The position numbers were made by a program, and so were the translations under genes. A stretch of DNA of 39,208 nucleotides, taken from a virus. The stretch is taken from positions 1 through 39,208 of the IMG/VR virus record IMGVR_UViG_3300045988_042900; one strand, 5' to 3'. Below, one piece after another: positions 14,223 through 23,159 of this stretch (its first letter is position 1; each line of letters opens with the position of its first letter). The notes below the pieces were generated by a model that saw only the letters and a list, made by a program, of their open reading frames with translations, ran no database searches and had not been told where the DNA came from.

Positions 14223-14561
14223 GTGGATTACATTGACCGTCATGACGCAATCGTGGCACTGAGGAAATTTGCGGAGAGCTGCAAGGGCAGCTCTGAGGCC
14301 GCAACCGCTGTATCCGTGGCTATCTCGGTGCTGTCTCGGGTGCCGTCTCCGTGGGCGGATGCCAACACCAGGCCACCGGAAAAGACGGGCGAGTATCTGT
14401 GTGTTTTTAAGTACAGACAGGCACCATGGGCTGATGTGTTTATGGACAAGATGACCTATTGTGCATCCCCCAGTCACAGCGGGTTTGAGGCGTGGCGCGG
14501 GCAGGTTGTTTCTCACTGGATGCCGCTCCCAGACCTGCCGAAGGGCCGGGAGGAGAAATAG
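14223..14561 (+). CDS. DUF551-like phage protein
   Basis: AGGAGG at 14208-14213 precedes the GTG at 14223. The C-terminus VSHWMPLPDLPK is typical of DUF551. Confidence 0.6.
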   Translation: MDYIDRHDAIVALRKFAESCKGSSEAATAVSVAISVLSRVPSPWADANTRPPEKTGEYLCVFKYRQAPWADVFMDKMTYCASPSHSGFEAWRGQVVSHWMPLPDLPKGREEK

Positions 14562-14562
14562 A

Positions 14563-15228
14563 ATGCCGGTTTTGATAGCTTGTGAGGAATCCCAGACCGA
14601 GTGCATGGCGTTCCGCGCCCTGGGGATTGAGGCGTACAGCTGCGATATACAGGAGCCAAGCGGCGGGCACCCTGAGTGGCACATCTTGGGGGATGCATTG
14701 GAAGCCATGAGGGGGGGACAGATAACCACCATGGACGGACAGATGCATGATATCCATGGGTGGGATTTGATGATCGCACATCCGCCCTGTACATATCTCA
14801 GCAACGCCGGGGCAGCGAGGCTGTATAAAAGAATTGACGGGGAATCGTATGTACGCTTAAAACGCCTGGAAAAGGGTTTGGATGCGAGAGAGTTTTTTAT
14901 GAAATTCCTAGAGGCAGATATACCGAAAATTGCGGTAGAAAACCCAATTCCGTCAGGAGTTTATAGGCTCCCGAAGTACGACCAAATCATACAACCATAC
15001 GAATTTGGGCACCCATACAGCAAGAAAACGTGCCTCTGGCTAAAGGGGCTGCCTAAACTCATGGCGACAGACATAGTGGAGCCGGTATGCTCTTGGGTGA
15101 GTGGCGGAAGCAAGAAAGCTGACGGAAGCAAGAGAGATAATCAAGGGACAACGTTTAGAGACAGCAAAAAACGGTCAAAGTCATTTTCCGGGATCGCCCG
15201 GGCAATGGCGGAACAGTGGGGGAGGTAG
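14563..15228 (+). CDS. C5-cytosine-methyltransferase-like protein lacking the canonical FxGxG SAM loop
   Basis: IAHPPCTYLSNAG resembles motif IV (PC). KIAVENP resembles motif VI (ENV). The N-terminus VLIACEESQ stands where FxGxG is expected. The RBS is GGGAGGAG. Confidence 0.6.
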   Translation: MPVLIACEESQTECMAFRALGIEAYSCDIQEPSGGHPEWHILGDALEAMRGGQITTMDGQMHDIHGWDLMIAHPPCTYLSNAGAARLYKRIDGESYVRLKRLEKGLDAREFFMKFLEADIPKIAVENPIPSGVYRLPKYDQIIQPYEFGHPYSKKTCLWLKGLPKLMATDIVEPVCSWVSGGSKKADGSKRDNQGTTFRDSKKRSKSFSGIARAMAEQWGR

Positions 15229-15232
15229 GGGA

Positions 15233-15376
15233 ATGAGCTACACTGAGGCATTGCGAATTGTAACCGAGTACTCAATTGCACTGAGCATGGGCTATGCGCT
15301 GGATAAAGACTGCTACCTTGAGTACGCCGAAGCGTTGCGGGTCGTGCTCCAGCGGGCGGAACAGGAGACAATATGA
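15233..15376 (+). CDS. 47-aa hypothetical protein
   Basis: The RBS is GGGGGAGG. The stop overlaps the next start as ATATGA. Confidence 0.45.
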   Translation: MSYTEALRIVTEYSIALSMGYALDKDCYLEYAEALRVVLQRAEQETI

Positions 15377-16257
15377 GCGAATGGTATGATGAGAGCCTTG
15401 ACAGGCTTAGGACGGCGGCGCGGCTGTCAGAACAGTATTACAAAAAGCAGCTGGTGGTTACCACGTCCGGCGGCAAAGACAGCTCTGTATGTGTTGATTT
15501 GGCTATCAAGGCTGGGATCAATTTTGAGGTGATCCATAACCACACCACGGCTGACGCTCCGGAGACAGTCCGATTTGTCAGGGAAGAGTTCCGGCGGCTG
15601 GAGCTGATGGGGGTTAAATGCACAATCAACTACCCCATGTACAAGGGGCAGCGCACATCCATGTGGGATTTGATCCCGCAGAAGCTCATGCCGCCTACAC
15701 GACTGGTGCGGTATTGCTGTGAGGTGCTCAAAGAGCACGGTGGCACTGGGAGATTTATCACAACCGGCGTGCGGTGGGCAGAATCTACCGCCCGGAAGAA
15801 CAACCGTGGGGCATTTGAACAGTTTCACCGCAACAAAGAAAAGCGGATCATCATCAACGATAACGACCCGGATCGCCTCCTGTTTGAAAACTGTTCCATC
15901 AAAGCAAAACGAGTTTGCAATCCAATCATTGACTGGGAGGACGAGGACGTATGGCACTACATCGACGAAAACCATGTGCCGATGAACCCTCTGTATGCAG
16001 AGGGGCTTGGCCGGGTTGGGTGCATCGGGTGCCCTTTAGCCGGAAAACACAAACGCGAGACAGAATTTGCCCGCTGGCCAAAGTACAAGACGGCATATAT
16101 ATCGGCTTTTGATCGGATGATCGCAGAGAGGAAACGCCGTGGAAAGATGGAGGGCACGTGGAACATGGGCACTACCGGAACCGATGTGTTTAACTGGTGG
16201 ATGGAGTACGATGTGCTGCCGGGGCAAATCGGAATGGAGGATGTGCTATATGAGTAA
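15373..16257 (+). CDS. PAPS-reductase/PP-loop ATPase family protein (DndC/IbrA-like)
   Basis: The PP-loop is VVTTSGGKDSSV. There is a C-terminal Cys cluster (CIGCPLAG). Confidence 0.8.
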   Translation: MSEWYDESLDRLRTAARLSEQYYKKQLVVTTSGGKDSSVCVDLAIKAGINFEVIHNHTTADAPETVRFVREEFRRLELMGVKCTINYPMYKGQRTSMWDLIPQKLMPPTRLVRYCCEVLKEHGGTGRFITTGVRWAESTARKNNRGAFEQFHRNKEKRIIINDNDPDRLLFENCSIKAKRVCNPIIDWEDEDVWHYIDENHVPMNPLYAEGLGRVGCIGCPLAGKHKRETEFARWPKYKTAYISAFDRMIAERKRRGKMEGTWNMGTTGTDVFNWWMEYDVLPGQIGMEDVLYE

Positions 16258-16477
16258 TTTTTACTGCGCGATTGGGCGATTTTTAGCGGTGGCTGGTGGC
16301 CTGCTGCTGTGCGCGACGCTGGTGGCGCTCCTAATAGGGCTCTGCTGTGAGGCGTGGATAGCGGCCAGCAACAGATTCCGGGACGTTTGCAGCGGCGAAA
16401 GCCTCATCCGGGAGTACAAGAAAAACAGGAAGGAATTTTCGGAATGGAGGGAGAGCAAGAACCGTGAAACGACATAG
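16250..16477 (+). CDS. Small membrane protein
   Basis: The ATG overlaps the previous stop. The TM segment is FLAVAGGLLLCATLVALLIGLCC. Confidence 0.55.
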   Translation: MSNFYCAIGRFLAVAGGLLLCATLVALLIGLCCEAWIAASNRFRDVCSGESLIREYKKNRKEFSEWRESKNRETT

Positions 16478-16551
16478 TGACAGCACGCTCATGAACCTGA
16501 CAAATAATTATTGCCCAAATTGCGGTGCAAAGATGGATGGAGGGGAAAAGG

Positions 16552-16863
16552 ATGAAACGTAAGACCTTTGTAAAACAATTAATGGCTATCGGTATCCCAC
16601 GAAATGAAGCGAACTCTATGTGCAGACGCGGGCTTGAGCACACAGCAAAGCAACGTGCCTATGGGTTGCCTGTCAGTATTACATGGGAGTACAATCTTGG
16701 AGATATGTGTGAGAAGTTTGACCGTATGCCAACCCAGGAGTGGCTGCTTGAGAGGTGGGGGTACGAAACAGTCTGCAAATATCGCCAATGGCTTGCAAAG
16801 CGGAGCAAAGAGGATCCCCGGAGGAGCTGGGGCCGGAACCACCCTGGTATGAAGGAGGAATAA
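16552..16863 (+). CDS. Hypothetical protein
   Basis: GGAGG at 16539-16543 sits 8 nt before the ATG at 16552. Confidence 0.55.
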   Translation: MKRKTFVKQLMAIGIPRNEANSMCRRGLEHTAKQRAYGLPVSITWEYNLGDMCEKFDRMPTQEWLLERWGYETVCKYRQWLAKRSKEDPRRSWGRNHPGMKEE

Positions 16864-16865
16864 AA

Positions 16866-17219
16866 ATGGATGCAGTTGAATACCTGACAGAGCTGAACAG
16901 AATGTGCGCAAAGAGCAACATCTGTGATGACTGCCCGATTTATAAGGCCACTGGGGGGAATTGCGGGTTGGCATACAACAACGCAGAAATGCTTGCGGGC
17001 CATGTGGAAATTGTTGAGCAGTGGGCTAAAGAGCACCCGTTCAGAACACGACAAAGCGTGTTTTTGGAGCGATATCCGAATGCAGCAATTGGTGAAAATG
17101 GCAGTATAGGTATATGCCCAGCAGCTATCGAGGGGAAAAATTGCCATGAGCTTTCCGCCGGGACGTCATGCTGTAAAGAGTGCATAAGCAACTACTGGTC
17201 TCAGGAGACAGACGAATGA
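16866..17219 (+). CDS. Cys-rich hypothetical protein
   Basis: AAGGAGGAA precedes the ATG at 16866. Cys residues read CDDCP...C...C...CCKEC. Confidence 0.6.
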   Translation: MDAVEYLTELNRMCAKSNICDDCPIYKATGGNCGLAYNNAEMLAGHVEIVEQWAKEHPFRTRQSVFLERYPNAAIGENGSIGICPAAIEGKNCHELSAGTSCCKECISNYWSQETDE

Positions 17220-17265
17220 CGCAACGAAGCATATGCAGAGGAGCAAAAATGGACGGAGGGGAATC

Positions 17266-17562
17266 ATGAGGCTCAGAGATAAAACTTATCGAGACTACGG
17301 ATTTCGGCACGGCGAGGAAAAGTACATCAAGCAGTTGGCTAGGCAACCTGGCTATGAGCAGCGGTTGTTGCTTTATGATGCTGCCTATGAGGCAAACAAC
17401 GCGCTTGCGGATGATGTCATATATTCGATCATCTCCGGCGTGAGCTATGACGAGATCATCAAAATCAGGTATATCCCAGCGACACGGGCTGATTTTTATG
17501 GTTACTGCCGAGCAACACTGGCTTTGTTCAGGGAAAAAATGAGGGAGTACGGCGCGATATAA
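17266..17562 (+). CDS. Hypothetical protein, last gene of the early operon (possible late-gene regulator by position only)
   Basis: GGAGGGG precedes the ATG at 17266. A strong terminator follows the gene. Confidence 0.55.
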   Translation: MRLRDKTYRDYGFRHGEEKYIKQLARQPGYEQRLLLYDAAYEANNALADDVIYSIISGVSYDEIIKIRYIPATRADFYGYCRATLALFREKMREYGAI

Positions 17563-17605
17563 AAAATGGAGTACGTCAATGTGTATACGACGTACTCCAT
17601 TTTTG
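17561..17605. terminator. Rho-independent terminator ending the early operon
   Basis: A 12-bp stem (ATGGAGTACGTC/GACGTACTCCAT) is flanked by an A-run and a T-run. Confidence 0.85.
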
Positions 17606-17625
17606 ATGATATACTGTATATATAT

Positions 17626-17846
17626 GCCAGGGGACAGTTCCGGGCTTATGTGCTCAGTTGGTAGAGCGACTGTTACACATTCCACAAACGCGATGCCCGC
17701 CTGGGTGGTGACAACTCCACCCTCTGGCTTCATACGCAGGTGCTCCGGTAGCTGGCTACTTTTTCGTGCAATTCCTCCTAAAATTGCCCTTGACTGATCT
17801 CCTTTCTGACCTAAAAGCCATGGCGGTTCAAATCCGCCCACCTGCG
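17626..17846 (+). ncRNA. Two adjacent tRNA-like structured domains (not canonical tRNAs by eye)
   Basis: Domain A is closed by GCCAGGG (17626-32) pairing with CTCTGGC (17722-28) and contains a canonical D-arm, GCTCAGTTGGTAGAGC (17652-67). Domain B is closed by GCAGGTG (17736-42) pairing with CACCTGC (17839-45). It contains a canonical T-arm, GGCGGTTCAAATCCGCC (17822-38), and a 6-bp hairpin with loop CCTCCTAA (17768-87). Confidence 0.4.
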
Positions 17847-17997
17847 CAAGATAGAGCGCGGCACACCTCTCAACGATGTGCAACAGGCCGCGACATAATG
17901 CCCTCTACGGGCAAAGCGTAAGCCTGTGACGCATCAGGGCACCGCTAGCTCCCGGCGGGGTACAAATAGGGAGCGCAAAAACGGAGGAATGTATGCG

Positions 17998-19125
17998 ATG
18001 GAGATACAATACAGGCGGCTAAGCGAGATCACGCCGTATGATAAAAACGCAAAGACCCACGACCAGACACAGATCAACAACGTTGCGGAGAGCATCCGAC
18101 AGTATGGCTTTGTGCAGCCGATTGTGGTTGACCGAGATAGAGTTATTGTGATCGGGCACTGTAGGGCATTGGCGGCGAAGGAGCTAGGCATGAAAGAGGT
18201 GCCTTGCGTCTGCGTGGACGATCTGACCCCGGAGCAGGTGACCGCCTTGCGACTGGTGGATAACAAGAGCAACGAAAGCGACTGGGACTTTGACCTGCTG
18301 GCTGATGAGCTGCCGGGGCTTGACCTGTCCGCTTTTGACTTTGACTGGGGCCTGCCGGAAGACCAAACGGAAGACGTTGTTGAGGACGAAGCACCGGAAG
18401 TCGACGAAGAATCGGAGCCCATTACCAAGATGGGTGATATTTGGCAGCTCGGGCGGCACCGACTTGTGTGCGGCGACAGCACCGACAAGGAAGCCGTGGA
18501 ATTGCTGATGGATGGCAAGAAAGCGGATATGGTGTTTACTGATCCACCGTATGGCGTAGATTACGAGGGGATAAACAACGACAGCAGAAGCGGGCTTGAA
18601 GATTTGCTGACATCTGCTTTTGAGAATTATAAAGAAAATTGTATTGATGGTGCAAGCGTGTATTGTTTCCATAGCGACAAGTGTGCGGATATTTTCCACG
18701 CAGTTTTTCGTTCTTTCTGCCACTTTTCTTCGATGATTATCTGGGAGAAGCAAAGCCTTGTTTTGTCGCAGGGAGATTATCAGTCTATTCACGAACCTTG
18801 CCTTTATGGTTGGTTTGATAATGGAACGCATAGATTTTTTGGAGATAGAAAGCAGACCTCTGTTTGGAAGTTTGACAGAAAATCCGTTTATGGTCACACC
18901 ACACCAAAGCCGATTGGATTTATTTGCAAGGCTATAGAAAATAGCAGTAAAAAGAATGAAAAAGTGCTTGACTTGTTTGGAGGTAGCGGTTCGACCCTTA
19001 TCGCTTGTGAACAGTTAGACCGCACTTGCCACATGATGGAACTTGACCCAAAGTATTGCGATGTCATTATCGAACGATGGGAAAACCTTACAGGGGAAAA
19101 GGCGGTGCTTCTGCATGACGATTGA
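17998..19125 (+). CDS. ParB-like nuclease domain fused to an N6A/N4C DNA methyltransferase
   Basis: The N-terminus is ParB-like (LSEITPYDKNAKTHD...IVIGHCRALAAKELG). Motif IV is TDPPYGVDY and motif I is DLFGGSGST. GGAGG sits 10 nt before the ATG at 17998. Confidence 0.85.
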   Translation: MEIQYRRLSEITPYDKNAKTHDQTQINNVAESIRQYGFVQPIVVDRDRVIVIGHCRALAAKELGMKEVPCVCVDDLTPEQVTALRLVDNKSNESDWDFDLLADELPGLDLSAFDFDWGLPEDQTEDVVEDEAPEVDEESEPITKMGDIWQLGRHRLVCGDSTDKEAVELLMDGKKADMVFTDPPYGVDYEGINNDSRSGLEDLLTSAFENYKENCIDGASVYCFHSDKCADIFHAVFRSFCHFSSMIIWEKQSLVLSQGDYQSIHEPCLYGWFDNGTHRFFGDRKQTSVWKFDRKSVYGHTTPKPIGFICKAIENSSKKNEKVLDLFGGSGSTLIACEQLDRTCHMMELDPKYCDVIIERWENLTGEKAVLLHDD

Positions 19126-19291
19126 AGAAGCAAAGGCAATCATCGAAAAAACAAACAGCCCGTATTTGAAGCGGGACATGGAGAAGCTTATCAAACGCCA
19201 GCAGAGAAAGGAGGGCGCGTATGGCAAGGCCAAGAAAGGAAATAGACCAGAAGCAGTTCGAAAACCTCTGCGGCCTGCAATGCACGCTTGA
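19115..19291 (+). CDS. Possible 58-aa protein overlapping the terS start
   Basis: The ATG overlaps the methyltransferase stop. The N-terminal part looks protein-like (MTIEEAKAIIEKTNSPYLKRDMEKLIKRQQ). The last 71 nt overlap terS. Confidence 0.3.
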   Translation: MTIEEAKAIIEKTNSPYLKRDMEKLIKRQQRKEGAYGKAKKGNRPEAVRKPLRPAMHA

Positions 19292-19589
19292 GGAAATCTG
19301 CGGATGGTTTGATGTGACCGATAAAACATTGGATAGCTGGTGCAAGCGCACCTACCATGCAAGTTTTTCCGAGGTATTTAAGCAAAAGCGAGGTAAGGGG
19401 AAAATTTCACTGCGGAGAAACCAGTGGCGGATTGCAGAGAAAAATGCAACAATGGCAATCTGGCTGGGCAAACAGTACCTAGGCCAGCGCGACGTGGTAG
19501 AGCAGACAATCGCCGTTGACACCGTCAAGGACGATGCACTCAGCCAGAGCCTCCGAGAGCTTGCAGATGGCTTAAAGTCCGATGATTAG
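19221..19589 (+). CDS. terS: Terminase small subunit
   Basis: The HTH pattern MARPRKEIDQKQFENLCGLQCTLEEI...SLRRNQWRIAEKNATMAIWLGKQYLGQ is typical. The gene lies immediately upstream of terL. Confidence 0.8.
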   Translation: MARPRKEIDQKQFENLCGLQCTLEEICGWFDVTDKTLDSWCKRTYHASFSEVFKQKRGKGKISLRRNQWRIAEKNATMAIWLGKQYLGQRDVVEQTIAVDTVKDDALSQSLRELADGLKSDD

Positions 19590-20817
19590 CGCAAAGCAAA
19601 AGCAGATTCTGGCTTTCCCGTACTCAAAATATGACGCGCTGATATGTGATGGCGCTGTACGATCCGGCAAAACGTCTGTGATGATATGGGCTTTTGTGGA
19701 TTGGGCCATGCGAGAGTTTGACGGACAGCGATTCGGGGTCTGCGGCAAAACTGTGGATTCTGCCTCTAAAAATATCATTGTGCCTTTTATCTCGATGACG
19801 TTGGCAAAGGAACGGTATGCGCTCAAATGGCGGCGTGCTGATCGAATATTAGAGGTAAGGAGGGGCCAACACGTCAACTATTTTGAGGTGTTTGGTGGCA
19901 AGGATGAAAGCTCGTTTATGTTGATTCAGGGCCGGACGATGGCCGGAGTGTTGCTGGACGAGGTGGCACTCATGCCGCAGAGTTTTGTTAATCAGGCTCT
20001 TACCCGATGCTCTGTAGATGGGGCACGGTATTGGTTTAGCTGCAACCCTTCAAACCCGCAACACTGGTTTTACCTGGACTGGATACAAAACCACGACAAG
20101 CATAACGCCCTGTATCTGCGGTTTGCAATGACCGATAACCCTAGCCTCAGTGATAAGACACTGCAGCGGTATCAGACCATGTATAGCGGCGTGTTTTACG
20201 ACCGGTATATCAGGGGATTGTGGGTAGCCGCTGAGGGCCTGATCTATGATATGTTTGGGGACGATAACATTACGGACGAGACCCCAACAAAGGGCGAATG
20301 GTATATAAGCTGTGACTACGGCACACTTAACCCGTTTTCTGCTGGCCTTTGGTGTTGGGATGGGAAAACCGCAACAAGAGTGCGGGAATATTACTATTCG
20401 GGGCGAGAAAATCGCGCGAATAAGACGGACGAGGAGTATTACCATGAAATGGAGACCCTGGCGGGAGAACAAAACATACGCGCAGTCGTGGTCGACCCCT
20501 CGGCGGCTAGCTTTATCGAGACAATACGGAGACATAGACGCTTTGTGGTCAGAAAAGCAGTCAACGATGTTGTCCCAGGAATCACAACAACTCAGCGATA
20601 CCTAGCGGATGGCACGATCAAGATACACCGGAGCTGCAAGGATGCAATCCGGGAGTTTGGCCTATATCGGTGGGACGATAAAGCCACCGATGACAAGCCC
20701 GTCAAGGAGAACGACCACGCGATGGACGATATCCGCTATTTTGTAATGACAATTCTCCGGCACAAAGTGGGAAGGCCGGAATATAAACCGCTTTGGAACG
20801 GAGGGATAGGCCATTAA
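19582..20817 (+). CDS. terL: Terminase large subunit (PBSX/Terminase_3-like)
   Basis: The Walker A motif is CDGAVRSGKTS. There is a C-terminal nuclease-like region (HAMDDIRY). Confidence 0.9.
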   Translation: MISAKQKQILAFPYSKYDALICDGAVRSGKTSVMIWAFVDWAMREFDGQRFGVCGKTVDSASKNIIVPFISMTLAKERYALKWRRADRILEVRRGQHVNYFEVFGGKDESSFMLIQGRTMAGVLLDEVALMPQSFVNQALTRCSVDGARYWFSCNPSNPQHWFYLDWIQNHDKHNALYLRFAMTDNPSLSDKTLQRYQTMYSGVFYDRYIRGLWVAAEGLIYDMFGDDNITDETPTKGEWYISCDYGTLNPFSAGLWCWDGKTATRVREYYYSGRENRANKTDEEYYHEMETLAGEQNIRAVVVDPSAASFIETIRRHRRFVVRKAVNDVVPGITTTQRYLADGTIKIHRSCKDAIREFGLYRWDDKATDDKPVKENDHAMDDIRYFVMTILRHKVGRPEYKPLWNGGIGH

Positions 20818-20830
20818 GACATACCAGGAT

Positions 20831-22171
20831 TTGCTTGCAGTGGGCGACAACGAAAAAGAGCGGATGCGATTTATCCGGGCGGCAATCGACGAGCATAAAA
20901 GCAGCACTGAGTACCGGATTGCATTTGATGCGGAAGAATATGACCGGCAGCGGAATGTGACCATTTGCCGGTACCAGAAGTTTCTATATACGCTGTCCGG
21001 GCAGGCTGTGCCGGACAACTACAGCGCCAACTACAAGCTGGCCTCCAACTTTTTCAACCGGTTTGTGACCCAAGAAAATCAATACCTCTTGGGAAATGGC
21101 GTGATGCTGGAGGACAGTAAGCACAAAGAGGCGCTGGGCCAGGATTTCGACAACAAGCTGCAAAACATGGGGCGGAATGCACTGGTACAGGGTGTGAGCT
21201 TCGGCCTGTGGAATCTGGATCATCTGGACGTGTTCAAGCTGACGGAATTTGTGCCGCTCTATGACGAGGAAACCGGCGCGTTAATGGCTGGAATCCGCTT
21301 TTGGCAGATTGACGCAGACAAGCCGCTTCGGGCTGTCCTCTATGAGACGGACGGGTATACCGACTATGTCAGACCAAAAAATGATGATATGCAGGTCAAA
21401 AGGGAGAAGCAGCCATACAAGTTGATACGTCAAAAGTCGGAGGCTTGCGCGGAGGAAGTCCTGCACGGCGAAAACTACCCAGGGTTTCCCATCGTCCCAA
21501 TGTGGGGCAACCCACACCATCAGAGCGAGCTTGTGGGCCTGCGGCAGAGTATTGACGCTTACGACCTGATAAAATCCGGTTTTGCCAACGACCTGGACGA
21601 TGCGGCGACGATCTACTGGATCATCAACAACGCCGGTGGCATGGATGATCTGGACATGGCGCAGTTTTTGGAGCGGCTGAAAACCGTAAAAGCCGCCGCG
21701 CTTAATGCGGATGATGGAGTGTCGGCGGAAGCGCACACCATCGAGGTGCCGTATGAGAGCCGGGTGGCGTACCTACAGAGGCTGGAGAGCGATATGTACA
21801 AGGACTACCAGGCGTTGGATGTTACTAACCTGGTAGGCGGCGAAAAGACTACCGTGGAGATCAAGGCGGCGTATCAGCCGCTTGACAACAAAGCAGATCA
21901 GTTTGAATACTGCGTTCTGGATTTCCTCCGGAGGCTATTTGAGATCGTCGGGATTGATGACAACCCGACATTCCAGCGCAACCAGATTGCAAACCTATCA
22001 GAGCAGACACAAATGGTGCTAATGGCTGCTGAATATCTGGACGAGGAAATGTTGCTCAAAAAACTGCCCTGGCTGACTGCTGAGGAAATCGAAGATATGC
22101 AAAAACGCAAGGCGGCTGATGAAGCAGGCCGTATCATTGCAGGGCCGGTGATTGACGATGGCAACAGCTGA
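20831..22171 (+). CDS. Portal protein (SPP1 gp6-like)
   Basis: The size and the position after terL support the call. The start codon is uncertain (TTG at 20831, no clear RBS). Confidence 0.8.
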   Translation: MLAVGDNEKERMRFIRAAIDEHKSSTEYRIAFDAEEYDRQRNVTICRYQKFLYTLSGQAVPDNYSANYKLASNFFNRFVTQENQYLLGNGVMLEDSKHKEALGQDFDNKLQNMGRNALVQGVSFGLWNLDHLDVFKLTEFVPLYDEETGALMAGIRFWQIDADKPLRAVLYETDGYTDYVRPKNDDMQVKREKQPYKLIRQKSEACAEEVLHGENYPGFPIVPMWGNPHHQSELVGLRQSIDAYDLIKSGFANDLDDAATIYWIINNAGGMDDLDMAQFLERLKTVKAAALNADDGVSAEAHTIEVPYESRVAYLQRLESDMYKDYQALDVTNLVGGEKTTVEIKAAYQPLDNKADQFEYCVLDFLRRLFEIVGIDDNPTFQRNQIANLSEQTQMVLMAAEYLDEEMLLKKLPWLTAEEIEDMQKRKAADEAGRIIAGPVIDDGNS

Positions 22172-23159
22172 TCTAGGGCATAAATTAGCGGATCAGGAAC
22201 TTGCAAAACTCGAACAGCGGATATCCCAAGTGTATGGCGATGCAGCTGCGGAGCTATCAGAAACCATTGATGCATATTTCGAATCGTTCCGGCAACGGGA
22301 CGAGGAAATGAAAAAGCTGCTCCAACGTGGCGAGATCACCAAGGCGCACTATAACCAGTGGAGGTTAAACCAGATTGGGCGCGGCGAACGCTATAAGCAG
22401 TTGCGCGATAAGATCGCCGAGCGTATGACTGACGCGACGGAGACTGCTACCAGCTACATCAACGATGTAACCCCTGGTATATACAGCCTCAACCGCAACT
22501 GGACGGCATACGAAATTGAGAAGGTTACCGGGAATGCCGACTTTACGCTTTGGAATGAGCAGGCTGTAAAAAGGCTCATAAAAGACAACCCAGATATGCT
22601 GCTGTATTACCCCGGCGACATAGCGATAAAATACGGGGATCACGTCAAATGGATCCGCGAATGCGTCGGGAAGACGATAATAAGTGCCATTTTGCAGGGC
22701 AAGAGCATCACTAAAATTGCAAACGAGTTACAGCAGAAGATCCCAGGCCTTAACAGGAACTTTGCGATAGGGACGGCCCGGACTGCAATAACCAATGCTC
22801 AGAATGCAGGGCGGCAAGATCAATATCTGCTTGCAAAGCAAATGGGTATTAAAGTTAAAAAGCGCTGGTTTGCCACACTGGACGGGCGAACCCGTCATGC
22901 TCACGCCATGGCGGATGGCCAAACGGTTGACGTTGATGCAGATTTTGACGTTGACGGCTATAAAATGACATATCCAGGAGATAGGCGTGCACCTGGATAT
23001 TTGCTCTATAATTGCCGCTGCACTATGCGGACGGTTGAGCCGGAAGGCATAGGGCTAGAACCAAGGCAGCGAGTAGCCAAAGACCCGGAGACCGGAAGAA
23101 ACATCTTGATCTCCGATATGACATACCAAGAGTGGCTGAGATGGAAGGAGGGCCAATAA
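22158..23159 (+). CDS. Head morphogenesis protein (SPP1 gp7 / Mu F-like)
   Basis: Motifs include ARTAITNAQNAGRQ, WFATLDGRTRHAHAMADGQ and YNCRCTM. Confidence 0.8.
   Translation: MATADLGHKLADQELAKLEQRISQVYGDAAAELSETIDAYFESFRQRDEEMKKLLQRGEITKAHYNQWRLNQIGRGERYKQLRDKIAERMTDATETATSYINDVTPGIYSLNRNWTAYEIEKVTGNADFTLWNEQAVKRLIKDNPDMLLYYPGDIAIKYGDHVKWIRECVGKTIISAILQGKSITKIANELQQKIPGLNRNFAIGTARTAITNAQNAGRQDQYLLAKQMGIKVKKRWFATLDGRTRHAHAMADGQTVDVDADFDVDGYKMTYPGDRRAPGYLLYNCRCTMRTVEPEGIGLEPRQRVAKDPETGRNILISDMTYQEWLRWKEGQ

Noticed and set aside
15373-16257. The PAPS reductase read as an auxiliary sulfur-metabolism gene (cysH).
   Set aside because: The gene sits among methyltransferase-type and ParB-type genes, and it has a DndC/IbrA-like Cys cluster. 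This fits nucleic-acid modification better, although the point remains unproven.
16464-16559. A tiny CxxC ORF (MNLTNNYCPNCGAKMDGGEKDET, or a longer form from the GTG at 16464).
   Set aside because: It is too short and lacks a convincing RBS. It may be real, but the sequence alone cannot support it.
17640-17846. A single tRNA gene with an intron joining the D-arm (17652-67) and the T-arm (17822-38).
   Set aside because: The acceptor halves next to the two arms are not complementary to each other. No anticodon stem could be paired, and the intervening 130 nt is too short for a group I intron. The region is kept as an unresolved tRNA-like finding instead.
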